This document shows, one piece after another, positions 1 to 8,679 of a stretch of DNA of 64,000 nucleotides. Under the pieces are notes generated by a model. It saw only the letters and a list, made by a program, of their open reading frames with translations. It had not been told where the DNA came from and ran no database searches. How positions within the stretch are numbered: the stretch's first letter is position 1; each line of letters begins with the position of its first letter. The position numbers and the translations under genes are program-made. Origin of the DNA: Callorhinchus milii (Eukaryota). The stretch is taken from contig NW_024704742.1 in NCBI RefSeq assembly GCF_018977255.1, positions 59,646,001 to 59,710,000 of the forward strand, read 5' to 3'.

Positions 1-187
1 GGGATGCAGATGAACATATGGGTACAAGAAGGTGGTGCAATGGCATGAAAGGATTTCTATGTGAGAGTGAAGAGTTGAAGTCGATCCTTTCAGAGACAGG
101 GAGTCAGTGGAACCTGGCGAGGATTGGGGCATTGGGTGTGCAGAGTTTGGTACTGGTGAGAACGCAGGTGGCGGAGTTTTGGATGAG
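1..187 (-). mobile_element. L2 LINE ORF2 C-terminal fragment (runs off window edge)
   Basis: Minus strand reads as degenerate LIQNSA..VLT..PILARFHWLPVSERIDF, matching the other L2 copies in the window (e.g. 10990-11120). Confidence 0.75.
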
Positions 188-677
188 ATAGTTCAATATT
201 CTAGCCTTTGCTTTGTATATTTAACTTTGCTGCACTTCCCGTTCACTGCAACAAACTTATTTTTTCAATTACGCTGTCAGGCCAGATCACAACAACTGCA
301 CTGAAAGCATTTGCCCAGCTGCCAACATGATGGGATTGAAGCAGAATTGTCCCTTGATGTTCTGGGGAATCTGCCTGAAAACTCCCCCAAGGACGTGACA
401 GCAGGTGGTAACAGCACTCCTTGTATTTCACACATTCCATTTGCTTTTTTTGCATTTGGCTTTAATTTACACAGCTTCCAAGTGTCAGCAAACAGCATAA
501 GTGCTTCCAAAAAAATGCATTCTATCTCAATTCCTGACAGTGCAGTTAACAAAAGAAACAGATTTGAAGTACCTCAGACATATCCTCTTAGAACTGTCCC
601 TAACTCAGTAAATGCCACCAGAATTCAAATGTATACTTAGTGGATCAGGGCTCATCCTGTTGGGGAATGAGCAGGTT

Positions 678-930
678 TCGGCAGGGTGAAATCTTGGGCA
701 AGTTTCCTTACTCCACACACCTAATAATAATCCTTCAAGAAAAAAAAAACAATAATAAATTGGTCACTTCAATGCATGACTGTTTGTAGGGCACTGCTTT
801 TCGCAATTTGGCTGCCGCATTTCGCCCACAAATATACAGTCAATTCACTTTACAGTATATTCTGTGAAGCACTTTGAGATGTCTAGACGACGTGAAAAGC
901 GCTATCTCAAATGCAAGTATTATTATTATT
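678..930 (+). mobile_element. Young tRNA-derived SINE, short variant, head truncated
   Basis: ttgggcaagtttccttactccacac body and gtgaaaagcgctat..aatgcaag(tta)n tail, near-identical to 20899-21203 and 39585-39901. Confidence 0.9.
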
Positions 931-1076
931 AGAGAAGGGGTGAAAGTTAGATTTGTTCTGAGTTGTGACATCGTCAACTTCATAAGAGTTGAGTCTGAAC
1001 TGTTCTGAGATTCTCATTATACTTTCGGCCAATGGAGTGTGCCAAATGGAGTGTCAATTTGTTAATACCAACCTAA

Positions 1077-1373
1077 GAATAATCCTTGCATTTGATACAG
1101 CACCTTCTCATGTCATCAAGGTGTTTCAAAGAAATTCACAGCATTTATTGCAAAGTGCAATAACTGTACATTTTGTAACTGAATATGGTAGATAATTTAT
1201 GCACAGCAATGTCCCACAAACAGCCACAAAGTGAATCACCAATTTTATTTGGAGAATTTTTGGCCAAGACACCAGGGAAAAACTCCCTTCTTTTTTCAAA
1301 TAGTGCCATGGGATCTTTAACGTCTTTAACGAATAGCCAGAGGAGATCTCAGTCTAACATTTCATCTGAAGGA
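1077..1373 (-). mobile_element. Deu-domain SINE (SacSINE1-like), 3' part; continues at 3126-3195
   Basis: aatagtgccatgggatctttaac Deu core and aataatccttgcatt tail; stops at tcatctgaagga and resumes in register at 3126 (tcatccgcagaacggcacctc...ggagtgtcagcc). Confidence 0.85.
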
Positions 1374-1466
1374 TTTTTTTTTTGGTCAGCCAGGTGTCTG
1401 GCACATGCAGAAACCCATCATCATGCTTAAGAGTATCGAAACCAAACTGAGGATTCCATGCATCCT

Positions 1467-1893
1467 TGTGGAGTGCTGTTGCTTAGTGATCAGAGCACTC
1501 ATCTCGCAAGCGAGAGACCTGAGTTTTATTCCCCGCAGTGCAAAACGTTGGGCAAGTTGCCTTACTCCACACTCCTCTGTTTACCTTGTAGTAAGCAGGA
1601 ACCCGGTTGTTAGTTGGTTGGTGGATCGATTTTCCAGGGATAATAATCCTTCAAAAAAACAATAATAACTTGGTCACTCAATCCACGACTGCTTGTGGAA
1701 CACTGTTGTGTGCAATTGGCTGCCGTGTTTCGCCCACAAAATACAGTCAATTCACTTTACAGTATATTCTGTGATACGTTTTGAAACTTGGGATGCCCTC
1801 CTGACGTGAAAGGCGCTTTACAAATGTAATTTTGTTATTGTTGTTGTCTAGAAAACGTGAAAAGCACTATATCAAATGCAAGGATTATTATTA
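1467..1893 (+). mobile_element. Young tRNA-derived SINE, long variant, with doubled 3' tail
   Basis: Degenerate tRNA head, ctctgtttacc..gtaagcaggaaccc middle module, an L2-type (ttg)n tail followed by a SINE (tta)n tail. Confidence 0.9.
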
Positions 1894-2074
1894 TCCCATG
1901 GAAATCTCAGAGAGAGAGACAGATTGTTGGAATGGAATGCGCATTATCTCCCTGGAGGGACGCATCCTGCGTATCTAACTGTTGAAAGTATTAGACACGG
2001 ATTGATAAAGGCCAAAGCTTGGGGACCCCAGTGTATGTGTTGAGGTACTGCTGAAGTCTAACCAACTGAAACTG

Positions 2075-2458
2075 TATGGAGTCGTGAAGCTTTGTTGTTA
2101 GAGTACTCACCTCACAAGTGAGAGAACTGGATTTAATTTCCGGCAGGGTGAAAAATTGGGCACGTTTCCTTACTCTACACATCTCTGTTTACCTAGCAGT
2201 AAGTAGGAACCCAGTTGTTAGTCGATTGGCCAGATAGGTTTCCCATAGGTAATAATTTCTTCAAAAAAATAATATTAATAAATGTGTCACTCAATCCATG
2301 ACTGTTTATGGGACACTGCTTTGCGAAATTGAAATTGGCTGCCGAGTTTTGCCCACAAAATACATAGTCAATTCACTTTACAGTATATTCTGTGAAGCAC
2401 TTTGAGACATCTCGAAAATGTGATGAAGTGCTATATCAAATGTAAGGATTATTATTAT
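2075..2458 (+). mobile_element. Young tRNA-derived SINE, long variant
   Basis: Head, middle module and (tta)n tail collinear with 1467-1893 and 59431-59783. Confidence 0.9.
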
Positions 2459-4404
2459 AGCTTGCCATTGATATTGCTGTCCGGCAAGCTTTCCTGTTGC
2501 TTGTCCAGTTAGTACCATCCTACCCCTGAGGGCTTTGGCTTGCGGGTTAGCAGGAGCTGAGTGGGATGACACCCTACCCCCACGAACCGGTCTGCCCTTC
2601 CGGATCCTGCCAATGAGTCAGGCTGGCTGTGCTGTCATCAGCTGTGCCGCTGGAATCTGCGGAACTGTCTGGCTCAGGAACCGGATTACAGAGACTGCCA
2701 CAGAGGTCTGGCTCATTGCCAACAATCTGTTGCCAAGCATGTCACCTTGGAGTCAGTTCAGCTCCAAGGAGACCTCAATTACCTCACCCTCAAGGAGGAT
2801 AGTCACTAGTTTGGTCGTTTGACATCTGACAAGCGTGGGTTTGAGCCTCACTCACTGGATGATTGTAAGTACAAGGAGCTCCCTGTGAGCTTTTTGATGG
2901 ACAACGCATCTCAGTATGAAATGTGTGAGAATATTGCCACCCTCTTCCTGTCCACAGCTTGGGCACACGTCCCTTCCCATTGAGTGATGGTTCCACCAAT
3001 TGGAGGTGCAGAGTTTAAGCAACAGCTACTTGCCTATTTGCAGGCAATCAAGGTGGATTCCAAGCGTTGGACGTACGAACATGTGTTCACAAACTCGGAA
3101 TCCAGGTAATGCCTTCCAACTGCTGTCATCCGCAGAACGGCACCTCTGAAATACAGCACTCCCACAGCAGTACACTGGAGTGTCAGCCAAGACTGGGAGC
3201 TATTGCTCGGTGTTCATTTTAGAATATATTTGATATTTTCTGAAGAAGCTTCCGATATTTACTGATTCATGGATGTTAATATCAAACTAAGAACCAGATG
3301 GCACATGATTCTCATTTGTCAAAGACAACATGCTTACAAGTTTCATCTAAGTATGTTGATGTATTGAGAATTCCTTCATTCATTTTTTCTTTCCCATCAT
3401 ATGAATGTTCAACATATGGCAGCATTTTGCTATTTGTTATTGGCTCAGATAGCTAGACACAATCCAGATCATGTTTTGCAAACAGGATTATGATGTTTCC
3501 AACTTCTATAGACATCAAAATCTCTGAAAAGGTTGTTAAGAAGTGATGCATTAGGTAGTCATCAATATGATACAGATTTGGTCACAAATTTACTGTGCAT
3601 TTCCTATTCAGTTATCCAACTATTGACAGCTCAAGGTATGTTCAGAAATACATGGTCAAAATAAAATCAGCTGCTCTTTTCTGTTGATAACATCCATCTT
3701 TCAGGGACAGTAGTTAAGAAAGATTTAATATGGAACTTAAGTCAAAAAAGCCAGCTAAACAAGTTTTGACGCTGAAATGAATATGATATCTGCAATATAA
3801 TTTTCCTAGCTCGCACATAGAGATACGGTCCATTTTTATGCTGTTGAAGCCTTGAAGATTGTATCAATTGTAATTACTGTGCAGGCTTCAATGCTTTAAA
3901 GTCTAATTTACATAGGACAGCAAAAATAATGCAATCTCTTAACATAAAAGAACATGCAAAAGAAATTGCTAACATGTAAAAAAAACAGGAGCTTAGGAGA
4001 ACAGATACAATTCCCATCAATCTGCTGGGCAGAAGCCAAAGTGAATGTTACATGATTCATCTACTTAACAGTGCTACCATAAAATAGAGCCAGATACGGA
4101 TCGAGCTAAATGCTGATAAACAGATCATTACCATACCAAAAATATGTTATACAGGGAGCAAGATTTTAACAAAGTGCTCATAAAATGGCCAATCTGCAAA
4201 ATCCTTCATCATAGTCGCAGTTATCATTAATTCAGCAATTTGCTCAACATAAGAGCCTTGTTGTACAAAGAAACCTTACTACAAAACTAAATGGTTCTGC
4301 TATGTCTATGTAAAATCTGGTAATGGAATTGGTCCACCTAATGTGCTGAGCATTCCAAACTGCATATAATTAAAGAGTCGTTAGTGCTTGAACGAAGACT
4401 ATTG

Positions 4405-4590
4405 GGGAAAAATTCCACCTGGGTCTAGACTTATTCTATTTTATACAGAATTTTAGATCATCCTGATCTCGACTTTAAATTCAATCTCGACTTTGAAATC
4501 TGTTTTCTGTAAGTTCTTAAAAGAAACTTAGAGAAAACGGGCTTCAAAATTAAAGCTGCATTTAAGGATTTGTCAAATCCTGGACTTGCT
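4405..4590. repeat. Old palindromic MITE-like relic
   Basis: Imperfect inverted arms of about 50 bp centred near 4519 (tttgaaatctgttttctgtaagttctt / aagaaacttagagaaaacgggcttcaaa); left end aattccacctgggtctagacttattctattt recurs at 46534-46563. Confidence 0.55.
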
Positions 4591-5864
4591 AAAATAGTAA
4601 GAATAATAATCCTTGCATTTGATATAAAGCCTTATTACTTCATCTAGACATCTCAAAGTATTTCACATGATATAGGAATTCCAGCTCAACACAGTCTTCC
4701 TTAGGCAAACTCCATGTGGGTCAACGGTCATCATATCAGGATTCTTTAATGCGAGATAATAAATACTGTCAATAAAAACCCTGCATCAGGAAATTCAAGA
4801 TAGTGATGGGGATAGAATTTGTCTGAGGCATATGAGAGATGGAGTAGAGGATTTTTTAAATTATTTTTTAATTTTTTTTTTACTCTTTTCACTTTTGGAT
4901 TACTTATATGGACATTGATGACCTTTTCTGGTTGTGTAAAAGAAAACACACACACATTTGGAGTCTTGGGATTTACAACAGGTAGCCCATTTGTGATCTT
5001 TGACTTAACTCAGTTGCAATCCAGTTACAAGTTGGGTATATCTCTCACTCATAATTTACAGGTCAGATACAACTAATGGTTTATTTTTGAACATCAGCAG
5101 GTCCTTATCCCTATCCTTGATGTGCAGTATATTTGAAGGCCCGATGTTGTGGGCATGGTAAATCTGCCCCATTTATTTGGGCTGCATTTTGACAGACGTC
5201 AAGCATGTTATCAGTTGACTGAAAGTGGTAAGGACAGACTAAGCCCAGGGGCTTTATTCTGAACATACTGCTATTTCTTCCAGCCTCTCTGGCCCCTATA
5301 ACCTGAGAAGGACTTCCAGATGAATTATTTTGGTTCGACGTTGATTCTTGGAATGAAAGCCATCAATTTTCTGCTGTCTTGAACATATTCTGACTATAAG
5401 CAGCTCCAAGTTACTTGTTATATGTATTTATAGGATATTAGCATGTATTTTGCCATTATTCAAGTGAATCTATACTGCAAGTATTTTTTTAGATCAACCA
5501 CTGAGTCAACAGTTGAAGCAAGGGTTATGTAAATGGAGAACAATGAGTGGCAAAGTTGGTAAAAGTATATTCACTCTGCTTTTACTTAGAATGTTACAGC
5601 ACCAAATCTGTGAATGAGGCTGAAACCATTAACTTATTTAAGAGGAACCTTGATGCACACACAAGGGATAAAGGAATAGAGGTATATGGGGGCGAGGGGC
5701 TGGTGTAGTTTAAGGGGCCTGGGGAGGTACAGGGGGAATCTGGGGAAGTGCAAGGGGGTGGGGGGTTTCACCCCTTACCTCATCTTATGGGACATTGCTC
5801 TATGCAAAAATGATTGCAGGGTTGGTCTACAAAATATTTTTAACCATAATTCCTGTGCCACTTT

Positions 5865-6045
5865 TTGAGATGCTTTTCAAATTGACGATCCATGTACTTA
5901 CGTTCAAATCCCTCCACAGCCTCGCCCACTCCATCTCTGTGACCTCCTACAATCCAACTGCTCTGGCTGCTACCTCCAATTCTCACTACTGGGCCTGCCT
6001 CACCATCATCTACTAAGCTTTAAGCCTTTCTGCGTTTTGGAACTG
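5865..6045 (+). mobile_element. L2 3' fragment
   Basis: Degenerate FKL..LTFKSLHSLA motif (ORF 5795..6016). Confidence 0.6.
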
Positions 6046-6047
6046 CA

Positions 6048-6537
6048 TCAAGAAGGAAAAAATCCTACTGACTGGGTGAGTGCAATAGTGACTGTAGAAA
6101 AGTCGGACAAGTCATTAAGAATCTGCTTAGACCCCCAACAACTAACAAAAAGAACATTACACAATACCAATGCATGAAGACATGCATGCACTATTACGTG
6201 GAGATAATCTTTTCTCAGCACTAGATTCATCCCTGGGGTATTGACAAGTTAAATTGACAAAGAGCAGTATGTACTTAATACCATTTGGGAGATACTGTTT
6301 TCAGAGAATGCCATTTGGCATAAAATCAGCACAGGAGATATTCCAGAAGAAATTAGCACAAATTCTGGAAGGATACCAGGTGTAATAAATTACATAGATG
6401 CCATATTAATATTTAGGAGGACATGAAAGGAGCATGATGAATGTCTGGAAAGAGTATTGTAGAAGTGCTTAGAGGAAAATGTAAAATTAAACAAAGTAAA
6501 GTGCAAAATAGGAGTGACAGATATCAAATATCTAGAC
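6048..6537 (+). mobile_element. Gypsy/Ty3 LTR retrotransposon reverse transcriptase relic
   Basis: Across frameshifts and stops: PTDWVSAIVTVEKSDKSLRICLDPQQL, FSALDSSLGY, PFGRYCFQRMPFGIKSAQEIFQK, GVINYIDAILIF (YIDD decayed), EHDECLERVL, KLNKVKCKIGVTDIKYL. Confidence 0.92.
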
Positions 6538-6760
6538 CAGTGGTAGCCAATCTTTTTGGTCAGCCAACCAAATAATTCTTTTTACTGCATGTTTCTTGAT
6601 TTATGGACACAAGATGTGAAGTGTGGCTCGGTAGCTCCTGGAAATAAGGTATTAATTTGGCACAGACTTGCCTGGGCTGGAGCGAGTGTTCGGCAGGCCA
6701 CTTCTTGACGCGTGAGATAATACATTACACTGGTGTAGTGGTCCGCAGTCTCCCTCAAGA
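6538..6760. mobile_element. Possible left end of a hAT (Charlie-like) non-autonomous DNA transposon
   Basis: cagtggtagccaatcttttt TIR-like start directly after atctagac (NTCTAGAN target preference); it truncates the Gypsy RT. Right TIR not found. Confidence 0.45.
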
Positions 6761-6769
6761 GCAATCCTT

Positions 6770-6995
6770 TCAGTCTCATTTACCTAGCCTTTCCCCATTC
6801 CCCTGTAGGTGACATTTTTATGGTATTTATCTGGCACCTTTTTTGAAGGTCAATATGGATTTTGCCTCCACCACCACTCTAGCAGAGTATTCCATAACCT
6901 CATTACCCTGTGAGTGAAAACAAATTCTCCTAACCTCCTCATTTGATCATCTACTTAAATTAATGTCCTCTAGCTACTGACTCACTGACCAGTAA
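6770..6995 (-). mobile_element. CR1 LINE 3' fragment
   Basis: Antisense match to the CR1 C-terminal region (FTHRVMRLWNTL..VVEAKSI..FKK) seen intact at 45563-45808. Confidence 0.7.
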
Positions 6996-8434
6996 TATAT
7001 GCATGAAATGGTCTTGAACTCAGTGACATGATAAACTACAGATGAAGTTTCAGCACATGCAGTGTGTTAGCACTGACTACAAGCAGCACGGTTTTCAGTC
7101 TTCTCAGAGCACAATAGCAATTGGAAGGAAATTACAATTCTCTACATTGGAATGAGCTGCAGATTTCTGGACTTCTCTTTGCTTATAATGTAGTTTGATT
7201 GAATCTTGTTTATATCATTGATTTACACCAGCGCACTTCCAACTACCACCTCCAGACCCCTCCCTCCCCCCACTCACGCATACACACACTCACACACAAA
7301 TATAAATCCGTACTTCTACAAAACTGAACTCACTAAATAAATAATTTATAACCTTGTGGCACAGATCATGCAGACATGACAACCCAGCAAGTGACCTTGG
7401 CCATGCATTTGTATAGAGTCATTTATTTTCCATTAAAACATTTTATAGTTTAGCCCATTGCCATCTCTGAAAAACAGTAAACAAAAGCACTTATATATTC
7501 CAGAGGGCATTAATGGTACAACGCTTGAGACAGAAAACATGCATCAACAACTTCTCTAGAGGTTTGTAAATAAATAACAGCACTGCAATCCATTGAGCTT
7601 CAGAAATACGTTAAGACAGTGAATAAAATAAATTTTATGTTGAAAACCTTTGCTTGCCTGTTATCTTGCAGATTGTGGCAAACACTGCTGTCCACAGATC
7701 TTGTACAGCATATCTGTATAGCACATCAACTTATAGCAGATTGAGCACAGTGCATTCATCACATCTACTGTCCACATATTGAGTTTGTATTATTTTGTTG
7801 TAACAAGTTGGCCTCATTGATCTTTCTATAAGTAAATGTGTTGTATTAGCAGCTAAGACCAGCACGCAGGAGTGTTATTTAAAGGCATTATCAGACCTAA
7901 TGGTAGCAAACTGTGATGATAAGCCTCCCACTGTATTACAGTGGTTGCTGATGTTTTATTTGTTGCAACTGAATATGAAGAACCAGAAAAGACCATTGTG
8001 GTCCATCTCACTATTCTCAAATTGCCATGATTAATGCACTGTTCTGTCTGTCTTACACTTCAGTCACAATTTATTTGCTAAGTAGCCAACTATTTCTTCA
8101 TTTTGCTGATACCAGCTGGCTCCCCTCCCTCTCTGGGCAGCCTATTCCACATATTAGCTACCCTTTATGTACAGTAATTAAATCTGGTCTACAAGTTATC
8201 TGCCATCTATACCTCACTCTTGGAACTTTAACTGCCAGGAGAACAGTCACAACTAACATCTGCTAACTGGCCCTTCACAACTATCCACATCTGTCTCTGT
8301 TCTCTAATTCAGCCTCCTTCCACCAGGAATGTGTTCCTGTCTCCACGCTGCATCCCTCACTTTGTATGGCTAGGGACTGTTTAGTAGGTCGGGATTGAAT
8401 TTAGTGCTCATCTTCTACACTAGGTTTGTATCAT

Positions 8435-8615
8435 TATAATAATAATAATAATCCTTGAATATGATATAGCGCTTTTCACATTTTCTAGATGTCTCAAAGT
8501 GCTTCACAGTATATGCTGTAAAGTGAATTGACTGTATATTTGTGGGCAAAACGCGGCAGCCAATTGCGCACAGCAGTCATGGATTGAAGTGACCAATTTA
8601 TTATGTTTTTTTTAA
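8435..8615 (-). mobile_element. Young SINE, 3' half
   Basis: (aat)n tail and gtgaattgactgtatatttgtgggcaaaacgcggcagccaattgcgcacagca body. Confidence 0.88.
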
Positions 8616-8679
8616 TGCTCTATTAATGCTCCATTAATGCTCTAACACTCAGCAGTACACTACTGTCCAAATTTATATA

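Larger units (their letters stand above)
1374..3125 (-). mobile_element. 5'-truncated poly(A)-tailed non-LTR retrotransposon with C-terminal CCHC knuckle (clade unassigned), two SINEs nested in its 3' UTR
   Basis: T10 tract at 1374-1383; degenerate 12-bp TSD tcatctgaagga (1362-1373) / tcatccgcagaa (3126-3137); minus frame LLLKLCTSNWWNHHSMGRDVCPSCGQEEGGNILTHFILRCVVHQKAHRELL with C-X2-C-X10-H-X4-C at 2965-2906; in-frame stops show decay. Confidence 0.75.

Noticed and set aside
1897..3110. Protein-like + strand frames (e.g. LQGDLNYLTLKED..FKQQLLAYLQAIKVDSKRWTYEHVF; ORF 2535..2822) suggesting an endogenous viral element or processed pseudogene
   Set aside because: The main frame is the codon-aligned antisense shadow of the minus-strand CCHC frame, and the poly(A) and TSD orient the insert on the minus strand. 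A BLASTX of the + frames would close the question.
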